A stretch of 64,000 bases of DNA, taken from contig RBZT01000716.1 of assembly GCA_003693705.1 (NCBI GenBank), forward strand, positions 30,518 to 94,517. The letters are read 5' to 3'. Position numbers and translations under genes: made by a program. Shown piece by piece: positions 49,775 to 62,591 of the stretch. Under the pieces are notes generated by a model, which made no database searches, was not told the DNA's origin, and saw only the letters and a list, made by a program, of their open reading frames with translations. Each line of letters starts with the position of its first letter. Within the stretch, counting starts at the first letter, position 1. Source of the DNA: Polymyxa betae A26-41 (taxonomy: Eukaryota > Protista > Endomyxa: Phytomyxea).

Positions 49775-52646
49775 CGACGTCAATTCTTTTCTAAATTCAT
49801 ATTGATTTTGTGTGTTCAGTCGGCATCGTTGCTTAGGCAGCTTTGAAAACTCTATTTCACGATCTTTACCTGCTTATCTCGATCAGAAGTTGCACTTCAT
49901 GCTTGTTCATCCCATGACAACTGAGCATGCTTTAAAAGAGGTTCAGGTCGTTCCTTAATTTGCGATGAGAAATGTTGAATTTGAAGCGATTGCCTGCTGA
50001 AACGATAACTAAGTCACAACAGAATCTCAGAGTTAGTCACCTGAATAGTTGGAAGGGCAATATCTTTTTTTTCATTAAATCATATTCAGCTTGCAGCATC
50101 AGTCAAGATGATGACGTTGAGGTTTCCTCTGTTTGCTTACTGACATAAGATACTCACATATGCTGTCAGCGACCAAGTCGAAGAGCATCGATTGAAGACA
50201 GAATAGTCATTGTTGATGCAATATGCAAAAATCGGAATCAGAGCTGCTACGGCAATGGCATCCCGAAAAATAATTGGATTTATAATAATTGCTAAAGTTA
50301 AAAGACGAAATTCTCGATGACTTGCAGCGTCTAGGACTCTAGGTGCAAGATTGGATGGATTGAATCATTGCGGCAGAACGATTCAAGCTGGCTTCAAGAC
50401 CAAATTGAACCATTGTAATCTATGTGGCTCAAACAGCTTAGCCATGCATGTCTAAGGTAAAAGAGGATAGGGTTGTCTAGGATTTAGGGTGGCCTAAAGT
50501 AACGATCTACATAGAAAAGAACCAAAGTTTTGCAGGAGCTCACGCGCGTGTTTTTGGGGATTTATTGCAGAGTACTTGACGAGATTTAATCGCCAAATCG
50601 CGAACGCCATCTGAAAGCTGATCTATTAGTTTCGATTTGAATTTGCAATCCCTTCAAGCCTCGATCCAGTTTTGACGGCTTCCATGAACGATTGAAAGAA
50701 ACAGCAGAAATCTAGTGCTCACGTCTTCAGAGCATTGGATGCTCACCGATAGTCAGTCTCCACACATGGCAAGTCTAGGGTTTAAGGATTTGCAACGTTA
50801 CACATTAACGGACCAGTCTTTCAGCGTGTATAACGCTTAGACATGCTGAGTAACAATAGGCTGTGATAGATGTAAAACGGGGCCTTGTTATCATAATGAA
50901 TTATCTCGTCGTTTTGGCAACAGATTATTGAGTGTGATTTACATGGCATAACGGGCTCAGTTATTCAAAGCTATTCAAATGTCATATTTTAGAGGATCTA
51001 TAGAAGATTCCTTATACCCAGCAGGATATTGTTTCTTGATAGAAGTTGTTTATGATAACCGATTTTGATGGGTCTTCGCCTGACAGTATCGGATAATAGA
51101 AGGGCCACTGTAGTAGAGTCGAATTACACTTTGTCGCAAGCCATAGCCTTGCCGGCAATCCCGGAAAGTACCGCTATTGATGAGTTAGCAAAAGATGCCG
51201 CAAACAATGGCGAGCCATCGCAGCACGACCCCATGATAAGCTCATTCCGGCTGCCCTTAAAGAAACACGCACGTAGGCGACTAAACGGAACCGTTTAGAT
51301 ACAACCGTGACAATGAATCACTTCAAAACTTATCCATTCAAGAATGATAAGTACGTTCTGCAAACGCAACCTGACAAGATAACAATGAAAGTTAAGCATG
51401 AAAAGCCACTTTTCAACCGTGCACGTGATAGTCAAACTAGGTGCAAAGCCCTTTCGAAAAAATGTTTGATGATGCATAGTCGATTCTATTTGCGGTAACG
51501 CCAAACTTTAGAGCACCTGCTGATTAAGTGACCAAATTGAAGCACTCGCCATCAAAACATCGAACGAAACACAAAAGCGCCCCAATCCGAATTATAATTC
51601 TCAGCAACGCATTATGGATAGCAAATTGATGGCAAATTTTGTGCAAAAAACAACGAAAGTTGGCTGCGAAATTTTGCCGCGATGATTTAGAAAGCTGGGA
51701 AGCCAGCAGGGGGCCAAGACCGCCTTTTGAACGTACAGGGCTCAACTTCTTGTAGGAATTGGGCAACCGGTGGCGGCCGTCGCTGTCAAAGTCTCCGTGC
51801 CCTCTGATGGGCTGAAATACGATCTTATTACAAGGGCTGAATTATCACCGAAATGGACCTCGGTTGAGGCACCGCATCCGGGTAACTGTGTCGCCTACAC
51901 CAACGAAATGTGCGAACAAGTAGTACAATCCAATCCGATAGCAGCTGAAACTGAGTCGGAATGCGATTCGCAGCAGAGTGAGATGGACATGGTGATTCGA
52001 GGCCATCGATCATATCGGATTATTGGCAAGAGCCGATCAGAGAAAGCTCCCCCAATTGAGAGCATGGGCTGTATACGTTGATATCATTTGCCATTGATTT
52101 GACCTAATTGAGAACTTGACTATAGTCGTGAATGATGTGGAATATTTGATGTTGAGGATTGCTATGTTAATATGAAGTGCTCAATGGAATCAAACAAGCC
52201 ACAGAATACTTCTCGACATTTATCTTGGGCGAAGAGACCTCTGACTCATACGGCAATGAAGGTATACGATCGACTTCAGCACGACAAACTATCTCAAATT
52301 TCAGTACGAGGATAAAATAGCGGTGATAGGCATCATTGACCAATCTGTGGTAAAGGCCAATCGGTGCAGGCTATTTGACATTATCAGGATCTAAGATCAA
52401 GGCAAACGTATGGGTAGCTGAATATTTAGCTCAGGAGACCAATCAGGAGAGCGACCCAACGCCGCTCACGAATCGTGGTTAAAGCATATCTGTCACTGAT
52501 AACGATCCTGATCTGAATATTGCTGGGAATGATTCCATCAATAAAGATATCGAAGAATGCAACCAGACGCGTCGTATATTATGACACAATTTGTTGATAT
52601 TATCATCAATGGAAAAATGCACAAGATTGAGGGCGAGCTGGTACAT

Positions 52647-53897
52647 TCAGGATGGAAGTTCACCAATGAATACATATTCATCGGGATCATCTATCATATC
52701 CGTATCATACAGACCTTCACTATGCGGATTCTGCGGCTTTGAAGGGCTGAAGTATCCGTCAATGAGGGCGGAGACTGCCGTTTCCATATCCACACGCATC
52801 CGCACCATTTTCAGGTTCCGATCGTAGCGCAGCGGTGGGATGTACTGGCCCAGGACAGTGAGAGCATCACGTATGAGATCAGGGCGGATGGCTTTGAGTA
52901 TGTCGAGGAACTTGGAGGTGGCTGCGGGATCCCTAACAAGGCTATCGATGGGGCTGCGTCCCCAATTATCTGTAGTCCGCAGGTTGATATTCTCTATCGA
53001 TAGAAGATCTGTGATCCCTCTCCATTGCCTTTGTGTAACAGTGCATGCCAGTAACGTGATCCCATCATGTTCGTCGCTGATATTGATGATATCGGAGGCG
53101 AATGCCTGCCGGATGACGGCCTCCAGCAACTCCGTACGGCCCTCACGAACTGTCGAGAGCACGATTCCGATGAATGACTGCGCATTGGCAAGAATACGGG
53201 CCCGGAATTCCCAGTCCCGGACGAGGACGCAGGCCAGGCCGTACTGGCCCCGGTGCAGGAGCATTTCGACGGCGCCGAACGGCGTCGAGGACGGACAGAG
53301 CCACAGCAGCGGGAGAAGTTCGCGCCAGTTAACGCCGCCCAGGATGTTCGCCAGTCCGAGCTGGACACCGCCCCGGGCCAGGGCCAGTACGACCCCGGGG
53401 TCGCTTACAAGCTCTACAACCTCGTCTTGCGCTAGGTGATGGTGAGGGAGTACCGACTTGCGTGCAGGACGTCGCCGTCTATGGACCGCCAGGGCCAGGT
53501 CCAGTACGGTGCGGATGGCGTTACCCATGACGACCATGTCCGCAACGGCGTTCATGATCTGTATTGGGATCCTGTTTAGTGATGATGGTTTGGTCGCATC
53601 TGGTAATCGATATGTAGTTATATGTTTCAGTATGAATAACAATATGAGATGAACGATCTCATCTGGTTGAAGACCTGCAGTATGCAGCAGGCGGTCGTAC
53701 AGGACCAGGGCCCGTGCGGCGGTGAGATGACGGCCGAACCGTTGCGGGATGGTATTCCTGATGAGATTATCAAGAAGAGGTGGAGGGGAGTTGGGATTCT
53801 GCGATTGTCTGAGCAGGTCGTGATGTCCATGAGACTGTGTTGATGTGGCTCTAACAACAGCCAACCCAACCATCATCAATATAGGTGGAGACATCAT
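52647..53897 (-). CDS. Signal-peptide protein with ankyrin-like repeats (candidate effector)
   Basis: MMSPPILMMVGLAVVRA signal; DEHDGITLLA...LL...NINLRTTDNWGRSPI ankyrin-like motifs; intron structure not resolved. Confidence 0.65.
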   Translation of the reverse strand: MMSPPILMMVGLAVVRATSTQSHGHHDLLRQSQNPNSPPPLLDNLIRNTIPQRFGRHLTAARALVLYDRLLHTAGLQPDEIVHLILLFILKHITTYRLPDATKPSSLNRIPIQIMNAVADMVVMGNAIRTVLDLALAVHRRRRPARKSVLPHHHLAQDEVVELVSDPGVVLALARGGVQLGLANILGGVNWRELLPLLWLCPSSTPFGAVEMLLHRGQYGLACVLVRDWEFRARILANAQSFIGIVLSTVREGRTELLEAVIRQAFASDIINISDEHDGITLLACTVTQRQWRGITDLLSIENINLRTTDNWGRSPIDSLVRDPAATSKFLDILKAIRPDLIRDALTVLGQYIPPLRYDRNLKMVRMRVDMETAVSALIDGYFSPSKPQNPHSEGLYDTDMIDDPDEYVFIGELPS

Positions 53898-54541
53898 CTA
53901 TATAGTCACTGAGACCAGGGTCCCAGGTCTCCGAATCCAAACGTCCAAACATAGCCCGATCCGACCGCACGGAGGCCGTTCACGCAGTGATTACCAGTTG
54001 GTCAAACCCTAACTCTCAGTGTCGGCTTCCTCCCAAAATAGATGGGCAGCTATGTTTATATTTACCGGGAGCCACTCTATAGGCCACCCAGCAATCCTTT
54101 TCATCACGTTTCACATCACCATAGACGACCTGTCGCTTATTCACACAGCTTAATAGCAAGGATTCTCACTCATTCTTGCAGGCAGCGAATCAGCCCTATA
54201 TTTTAAAAGGTTTTCAGTGAAATCTGTGATTACAATATAAGACCAAATATCTGACCCATGCAGGATTATAACGTACATTATTGGATTTTCACTCTTGAAA
54301 TTATGAGAGAAATGGCTGAAGGATCCAGGCGATCATAATTACTGTAGTGTAGAAATAGCCGTCCTTCCTGGGGCTGAATTATTTTCAAAATTAGTAGATA
54401 GGAGAAACCTGGACATTGGTTTAGGCCTCGCAGACGGGTAAATGCACCGCCCACCGTGCCGAAAGGTGCCAACAAACAGGGCGATGTAATCCTTAATTCA
54501 ATCCTATGTAATAGCAGGATAGGAATTCATCTGCTGGGTCT

Positions 54542-54832
54542 TCAATAACGAATCGGGACAGGTCCGGGCATTAGCAATGACCGAACGGAATCATCCGAGT
54601 CGTCGTCCTCGTCGTCGCCATACGTATCGATCATATACTGTGACCAATCGAACATCAGTTCGAACATATCCAACGAAATAGGATCATCAATATTCATATC
54701 TAGACCCAGGCTTAGACCATTGAACAGTTCGGGGCTGGTACGGCCACTTCCGACAAACTTACGCAAAGGGGCGTCGAACGCGGTCAGTGGCCATAAGAGG
54801 ACGGCCGCCAATAACAACGGTTGGAGTAGCAT
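54542..54832 (-). CDS. Small secreted protein or first exon of one
   Basis: MLLQPLLLAAVLLWPLTA signal followed by an acidic stretch. Confidence 0.5.
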   Translation of the reverse strand: MLLQPLLLAAVLLWPLTAFDAPLRKFVGSGRTSPELFNGLSLGLDMNIDDPISLDMFELMFDWSQYMIDTYGDDEDDDSDDSVRSLLMPGPVPIRY

Positions 54833-55591
54833 GACGGATTTGGATTCAGATTAGGCTACAGTGGCGGAAGTGAAGGAGACATCTTCCGAATGATGTCCAA
54901 TTGATCCGAGCCAATCAATCATCTCAAAAACAAAAACCCTAAAACTTTATACCTCAAGTAAAAGATATTTAGTTGGAAAGACGGCCAGCTGTTTCCCCAT
55001 TCTATCTCACATGAATTGCAATATGAATGACAATAGAGATTAATGACGCCGTCGCTAATGATGGCAGTTTCATCCAGCAGCGAGCAAGGAAAGGGAAATC
55101 TTTGCAACCTGCGTGGAATCTAGTACAATGCTTCAAGCATGGTTGGAATGAAACAGAAGAGAGTTCAGTAAAAGTGACGGGGATGGGTTGATGTTAATAA
55201 AGAGTACAGTCAAGCTACAGCCCGTAATGGTCACTGATGGAACCCTATTTTTAGAAGTGAAACTTCAAACTCTGATACTCCAGTGTTAGTTTGAATTTTG
55301 CACTGGTTTTTATTGCGATATGGAAAAAGATTTAGATTCATGTTAGCCATTCTAATGCCGGATCTGCAAAGCAGCAGAAAAACGCACGGCAGTGACCTCA
55401 TGTAGAATTGTGCCAGCTCATGCGAAGGTGGAATATTTTGGCATTAGAGGGAGTCAAAAGTGACGGCCAGTTCGACAAGAGGGCTGAGCGATCCATCCGA
55501 TTCTACTGCTATGCTGTAAGTTAGATCTTGAAACCAATTTAGTATATGTTGTGACTAGAATATCTAAATAGACAGCAGCTGTTAACATGAA

Positions 55592-57364
55592 TTATCGGGA
55601 TAACACTAGGCGCAAGGTTTCGATTACATCTTGGACAGGAACATGATGAAATCCACCTGGTTTCTCAGATCCTATCTGGACCCGTTCATAACGAGCACCA
55701 ACATATTTGGCGAACATCAAGAAATGAAAACGGGCGCTGTACTCAGGGGGCATCAGCTCAACTAAGGACGTACTACCCGGGATAGCAAAGAGAATGTGAG
55801 ATAGAGCTGCCCCATGAACACCTATCACCACAGTAGCGTTGCGAACGGCCCGAATCTGCTCCTCAAAAGTGATGTTCTCAAAATCGGGGGCCTCAATCGT
55901 CGCGTGCGGAAACGCCGCCGTCGTATGATCAAGCAGTTCCTGTTCGTTCTCGATTTTGCGGGAGGCTGGTCGTCCCTGTACCCGCGGGTGAGCCAGATAA
56001 TCATGACGTAAAACGATGAGAATCTTTGGGGACTTCGTAGATGGCCTTACGTGCCCCAGGCCGAATCGGGAGACAAACCATTCAGCGAAATTTTGTACTA
56101 ATGGTGAAGGGCTGCATGTATCGGCGATATTCATCATATCGACGGACAGAGCGCTAGTATAGCCGGGCGGTACCAAGATGGCCTGGCGGAAACATGACCT
56201 GGCTGATATTGAAGAGACAAATGTGGGTGATTTGCCGAATAGAGTTTCCCAAGGTGAGTCGAGAGAGCCCTTACTATGTCCATCCATAAATATAATCTGA
56301 ACATCTCTGGATAAACCAGTAGCGATGGCCCAGACTTGAAACGTATTGTACCAGTCCGACATGGTATGATACAGATTCGCATACTCATAACGTGTTACAA
56401 ATAAAGTAACGCCTTCATGACAGCTCGCCTGTGTTGAATTCTCCTTGAATGTCAGAGATCCCATCATTAAGGCTAAGTGGTGCGGGAACCTATCGCCATT
56501 AATCTCTCCGATATCGCATGTCTGTGAGGTCGATAAGGCACCGAATTCATACACAGGATACTCTGCTGATTCATCGCGGCCAATAACGTCTTCGATGCTT
56601 TCATTGCCTTTAGACACAGAAATTTTTGTGGGATTTAATTGGAGGACTTGCACGGCGCAAAAAGTAGCATGTGAAACCGGATTCTGATGGCAGCGAAGCA
56701 GAGGACACTGGAGAACTTTTTCACTATACCCGTTGCCGAAAATGGCATCGCAGCGTGATTCTGCAGGGACACGCCAACGCGTAGTATTGAAGAGGAACGA
56801 TATCGGTTTAGCAGATTGTGAGTTTGAAATGGCACGAATTTCTCTTTGGATTTGAGCGAAGACGCGACCCTGGGCAAAATGTGGCAGGGATTTGGTTCTG
56901 TTTGCAAACCAGCCTAGAAATTCTAATTTACCAAAACTTTAGATACTACTGAAAAAAATTTGATACGGTCAATTGTCAACAAGAAAAGTATTGCACCAGA
57001 TGTATTGAACATCATCAGTAACGAAAACAAAAGAAGAAACAGAGCAGTTATTAAAAACAAAACACCTTAGACAAAGCAAGAGAAAAGCGAGATAATTGAT
57101 TAAATACAGAATGATACTAAAACATGGCACGAGCTGGGTCCACCAGATACCGGCAGAAAAACAAACTGAAATTGAAAGCGAGAAAAAAAAATCCGTACTT
57201 TCACGAGATTCTGATTCTAAGGTGGTAATCGCCACTTTCAGCACCCAGAACTGGGCGATCATCATGCTAAACAGACAGAGCCCTAGCAGCACCATTGCAA
57301 GTCTCAGGCGAGAGGCGACACTCTCGCGGCTGCGGCGCCTTTCAGCAGGGCGGAAGACGACCAT
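55592..57364 (-). CDS. GT61 glycosyltransferase, beta-1,2-xylosyltransferase (XYLT)-like type II membrane protein, multi-exon
   Basis: N-terminal TM (LAMVLLGLCLFSMMIAQFWVL); VTRYEYANLYHTMSDWY, FMDGH, RHDYLAHPR...NEQE, QI.AVR.A.V.IG.HGAALSH. Confidence 0.85.
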
Positions 57365-57416
57365 TATCACCCTGTGCTGAGATCAGGAATGGGACTCCCT
57401 AGACGAATCTCCATTT

Positions 57417-57457
57417 GAGAGAGCGAGAGAGACAGAGAGACAGATAGACAGAGAGAT
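57417..57457 (+). repeat. Imperfect GA/GACA microsatellite
   Basis: gagagagcgagagagacagagagacagatagacagagaga upstream of the GT61 gene. Confidence 0.8.
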
Positions 57458-58724
57458 AAAGAAGCAGAGAACCCTCCCTGACGAAAGGAACATAGAGAGA
57501 AGCAGTCAATCGAGACTGTGAGGAAGGCTGCTCCAAGAATTACGATACAACAAGTATTGATATTGTCTGTCTAGATATAGACCTCTCCAAGAGCGCTCTA
57601 CAGCCTTTACTTTAGAATGACACAGCACTGTTCGTTGACAGCGTTGTCTTTGACCGATACACAGGTTTGATTGGCTCGATATTTTGTCGGCTGGTGCTCA
57701 ATAGATTACTTTTCCGAATTGCATCGTTAGTACTCTATCGGATTCAGACAAACACCTTACCCCAAAGTCCAGCATTCGTTAAAGTTTTGCAAAGCAGGAT
57801 CACCGTGATCTTTATTCGAATTCGTTGTCGAATTCCTTTGGTCAGGTTCGCTAATCAACTGAACATAAGCATCCTTTGATGGATTGGGGCAGTCGGGCCA
57901 TTGCAAGAATTTCATCTGGATTGATGTTTCGGCCATATCGTTAGAACCAATCATTCTACATTGCGGACATGTTAAAGCTCCAACTTTAATTAACAGTAAA
58001 CCGGATGTTCATGATCGATCACGCCAAACTAGAGATCTCATCCATTACAACATGTTGCGTCTCTAGTTTTGAATTTGGTCATTACTGTGCGAAGCTATAA
58101 CGGTTTAAAGTTGATAGGAAACCATAACGTTTGAACCTTGTATGGGCAAAATCAACCCCGAAACAAACTGCCTCGCAGTTTCTCTACCGTCACAGTCACG
58201 CATATTTGTAAATCGCAGCAATCCACCCACGTAGGTATGCAATACTCGTATCAAATTCCAGCAGCGCAGTTATTTGGAAATCGGATTTCATCCTTGTCGT
58301 TGGGCACATTCCGTCCAAAAACAAGGCTCACTGCCGAAAGCTTGCGGATGCCGCTGCTGCAAGGGCCGGGAAATCAAAGAGACTCAATCCAGCAGCAGCA
58401 CAACCAATGCTGTGGATGCGATGGAGCTAGAGTATTTTGAACTTGTGCCCGAAGCTTTTGAAAGAATGTCAGTTTAGAAATTTGAAAGTTTGCGAGGAAA
58501 TCTTATCGGTATAATGGGTGCATTCAGAGTCGAAGGTACTGACGGCAAGTCGTTAAATTCCCATACGACAGTTATTCCATATTGTAAACATAGTGCTCCA
58601 CTGTTATAACAGAAACCCTACTGATTAATCTACCCTGAGCATGTTTCTTCAACGATACAATTTGCAGAGTCCGCAACGGTTGAAGCCACGAGAATACTTC
58701 GGCTTATGAGCTTGAAAAAAATCA

Positions 58725-58808
58725 TGCATTCGATGGGATTTGAACCCACGCCCTCTGACGAGGATCCGAACTTGAGTCGGACGCCTTGGACCGCTCGGCC
58801 ACAAATGC
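58725..58808 (-). tRNA. tRNA-Leu(CAA)
   Basis: GCATTTGTGGCCGAGCGGTCCAAGGCG-TCCGA CT CAA GT TCGGA-long variable arm-GTGGGTTCAAATCCCAT-CGAATGCA; oligo-T terminator at 58715-58721. Confidence 0.96.
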
Positions 58809-59158
58809 ACTTGTTGTTTGTGTTAGACGGGAGAGGGTTTTGAACTGGAATGTGTTTGAAAAAGTGTTTTAATTCTTAGTATGCAATCGGAAGGCAATGC
58901 TTCCGGTTGAATTAGCGTGAGTCAACGCTATTGATATCTCGAGATTGATCTAACAGCGCTCATATGCTAACAGTTTGTGTTAGCGCTGTGAGGATCAATC
59001 TCACCATCTTCTCATCATCCTGCATGACTCAATTATCATTTTACTTCCGTGATTATAAACTCACTTTCTCATTTTACCTCAATTTAGAACTCCTCCGTCT
59101 AACAGAATAAGAGTCCCTCTGAACTCTAGCTACAGAGCACGTTTTAAGTTACGTTACG

Positions 59159-60319
59159 ATGCCAACCAGAACTAGGCAGAGATCCCGAAGTGGAGGAGCA
59201 AATATTGCTGACGAGCATTTTCAGGTCAACCAAGAGAGCCGTGTTGTAGGCCCCAATACGAGCCGAGTTATTAGCCAGACCCATTCTGTGCATTTTATGA
59301 ACAATGAGGAAGTCGGCCTTTCTAAGTACAACTCGGGATTGAAACTCATCCCTCAGTTCACCGGATCGAACAGGGATGAATTTATACGAAAACTGGAGAT
59401 GCAGGTCACTATAATGGGCCTAGATTCCTGTCTAGAGCACCCTTCGAATATGGCGAATCATTTTGATATTCGAAATGACAAACTAGCTTCAGCACAAATT
59501 TGTCTACGCTTGAGCCAGTCGCAGTACAAACAAATTTCTAAGTGTACAACAACAAGTGCGATATGGAACAGCTTAAAGAGGGTTTATGAACAATCTGCCC
59601 AATCTAAAGCATCGAATTTGTTTATACAGTTCATTCACCTCCAAAAGAAGCCGTCAGAATCAATGAAGTCCTACCTGGATAAGACCACAGTTCTTTATCA
59701 TGATCTACGTGTTTATGAAAATAATATTGGTGAAGTTGCATTATGTGCAAAAGCCCTGGACGGTTTACCGGAAAATTACCAACAAATCAAGGCTGCTGCG
59801 AGAGCGCGTATCACAGGGGACAATGTCAAGATTCTTTTCTTGACATTGTCCCCAAGATTAACAAACCTGTTACTATCAGCCGAACGTCATGAAAAACTTG
59901 ATACAAAGACACCAGCCCCACAAGATGAGATTAAGAGCTTGAACTCTGAAATTAAAGCTATGAACATACAACTGAAAAAGTTGAAAGGAAAGAAACCAGT
60001 TTTCTGTCGTTACTGCAAGAAACGTGGACATCTCAAAGATAAATGTTTTAAACTGAAAGCGAAAGAAGAATCATCAGAAAAGGATCCAGCCGCTAACAAT
60101 GTAGCAACCGAATCTCCAGACGAGGACGAGTTCACAGGGTTTCATACCTCATCGATCTCTCTTGACAGCGCGATTCGCAACGCGTATTTACTGGACAGCG
60201 GTGCAAATGTTAGTATGACTAACAACAAGTCAATTTTCGTCAATTATCAACATCAAAGCCGATTCTTATTACCTGTAGCAATGGCGGTAAAACACCTGCA
60301 TACGGAACAGGAAACCTGA
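59159..60319 (+). CDS. Copia gag-protease ORF (frameshifted into degenerate pol)
   Basis: Gag core (IW..LK..Y...ESM..YL...GLPENY), zinc knuckle CX2CX4HX4C, LDSGA. Confidence 0.85.
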   Translation: MPTRTRQRSRSGGANIADEHFQVNQESRVVGPNTSRVISQTHSVHFMNNEEVGLSKYNSGLKLIPQFTGSNRDEFIRKLEMQVTIMGLDSCLEHPSNMANHFDIRNDKLASAQICLRLSQSQYKQISKCTTTSAIWNSLKRVYEQSAQSKASNLFIQFIHLQKKPSESMKSYLDKTTVLYHDLRVYENNIGEVALCAKALDGLPENYQQIKAAARARITGDNVKILFLTLSPRLTNLLLSAERHEKLDTKTPAPQDEIKSLNSEIKAMNIQLKKLKGKKPVFCRYCKKRGHLKDKCFKLKAKEESSEKDPAANNVATESPDEDEFTGFHTSSISLDSAIRNAYLLDSGANVSMTNNKSIFVNYQHQSRFLLPVAMAVKHLHTEQET

Positions 60320-60959
60320 CAAGTGCTTGCAGTCCAAATATTATCATCGAGGAGGTACTTTACGTGCCTAAGATCACGAAGACGCTCTTGGCGACGAAGT
60401 CGTTCACGGACCAAGGTCTGACAGTTGTTATCAGTGATAAGCTTCGTATTCAGGATCGCTACGGAAAGACCCTTATTTCCGCTTTGGAACGAAACGGTCT
60501 TCATTATATTTTGCCGAAACATGACCCCTGAAGCGCATTCAACCGTCAGTATGGAACTGGCGCACCGAAGATTCGGTCATGCATCCAACGAAAGATTGAA
60601 ACGTTTATGTGAAGCAACCACCGGCATGAACATCGCAAAAGAAGATCGAAAAGTTTGTGAATATAGCGCACAAGGAAATCAAGAAACAGCCTTTTAAAAG
60701 AGCGAACCTCGAAACCTACCCGGCGTTATGAAATGGTGTCATCCGACATTAAAGGGGCTTTTATGGTATCCAGCCGCGAAGGATTTCGGTACTATATCGC
60801 ATTTAATTGCCTATTCTCAACTTGGACTTATTTAGTTTTGTTGAAAACGAAAAGCGCAGAATTTACGGAAGCTACGAAAAAGTTCATTACTAACAGCCAA
60901 GCAGAAACGAAGCAAAGAATGACAATATTTTTCACTGATAACGGTTCCGAATATGTTAA

Positions 60960-61476
60960 GAGACTGGTCCAAGTAGAAAAATTGCGGGAAAACATTGCGG
61001 GAATAAAAATTCCAGTGAAAAAGTAGCAGCCTCCGGAAATTGCGGCACCGCTATTTTCCGCTATTTCCGGAGGCTGCGCTGTTTCTCTGCTGACATCTTG
61101 GCGTCTCTGGGAAGGCAGTTTGGAGTGCCCATGTCAGCATCAACTGCGCCAGTTGAGCTGACCGATACTTCCACACTTGTCTGCAAACCAAGAGCAATGT
61201 TCGATGGAGCAACGAAATGATTTAAAGTTTTATGGCTGTGAGATTCGACACCTACTGTCAGTTCTTCAAAGAAGTAAAGAACAGCAACAAACCGCCCATC
61301 AAATCCGCCAATTCGTGATGCGATAGGTTCATAATTGGCCAAGAAGTGCCGCTATTTCTGAGAAATGGACCCCCCGAGGGTCCATTAAAAAATAGCGCCA
61401 CTTAATCTCAGGGGTCGAAATCTGATTGGCTCGTTTAATAAATTGCGGTACCGCGTTTTTTTCTTGAACCAGTCTT
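60960..61476. mobile_element. Non-autonomous DNA transposon (Harbinger-like, TAA TSD) nested in the copia integrase
   Basis: TIRs gagactggtccaag / cttgaaccagtctt; TAA duplicated at 60957-60959 and 61477-61479; removal restores EYV-NSQM reading. Confidence 0.8.
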
Positions 61477-62591
61477 TAACAGCCAAATGAGCATGCTTCT
61501 GCTCCAGAAAAATATCAAACAATAAGAAAACAACGCCATACAGTCCACAACAAAACGGACAAATTGAAAGGCAGAATCAAACCATTATGGGAATGTCAAG
61601 ATGCATTTAATTGTGTCGAATTTAGCTAACGAGTTTTGGCCATTTGCCGTACACAATGCGGTCTACACGTTGAACCGTCTTCCTACTCACAGAATTGGGT
61701 GGCGAACCCCCTGTATATTGTGATGGAAGCGAAAACAGAAATCAAGCATATGCGACCTTTCGGTTGCACAGCTTACGCTAATATCGATTCGTCTTTGCGG
61801 ACTTCTCTACAGCCAACATCACTGAAATGCCGATCTCTCGGATATACCCCATACCAAAAAGGTTACATTCTTTTACCAAATGATGGCAAGAATATTATAG
61901 TAGGACGTGACGTTAATTTCGATGAAGTTTCTATTATCCCTTTTCCTACTCAGGACAATGTTAATCAAGATCCTGACCCTATGGCACTGATCAACAGTCA
62001 AGAATTCGAAATTAACTTAAATCATACCTCAGATGTCACGGGCTGCGCCCATGACAGCAGCCAAGAGGCCTCGTCAAGACCAACCCGGCGCTGCCTGCGC
62101 AGTTTAGGTACTATCAACTCTTTGGAACTGATATGGCCAGGTGAGACATGTGGAACATTCTTGAAGCAGTCGCGCGGAAGATATGCTGGCATGGAAACCC
62201 CGCCAAGTGCCGTAGCCACCCTGGAAGCTTCCAAGGTGGTAAAAAAGGGGCGGCTGACGCCGCACATACGTCATTCCGATTACCTCTTCCCATAATACAC
62301 ATCACAAGTTCAGCCTTAGTCTAAGACATTCTCCGATACCTGTAACCTTGCCCCTTACATCAGAGATCTACCCGCCAATCTATCAACAGGCTATGCGATT
62401 ATCAGATGCAAAGAATGACATCAAGCAGCCCTCAAGGAACTTCAATCACATGGAGAGAACAATTCTTGGACTCTCGTATAACGTCCAGAAGATGCTGTAC
62501 CAATCAAATCACGATGGATATTTACAAAGAAACGTTTACCTAACGGCGCCCTGAAGTACAAAGCAAGATTAGTCGCCAAAGGATACTCTCA

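Noticed and set aside
50421-50456. AGCCATGCATGTCTAAG matches the 5' region of eukaryotic 18S rRNA
   Set aside because: Only 17 nt match and the flanks diverge; not an rRNA gene, at most a tiny relic or chance
51065-52300. Short plus-strand ORFs
   Set aside because: Interrupted by stops and no family recognised
1318-53843. Numerous antisense/overlapping ORFs in the track (e.g. 1318-1740, 34115-34786, 52840-53439)
   Set aside because: Shadows of real genes on the opposite strand
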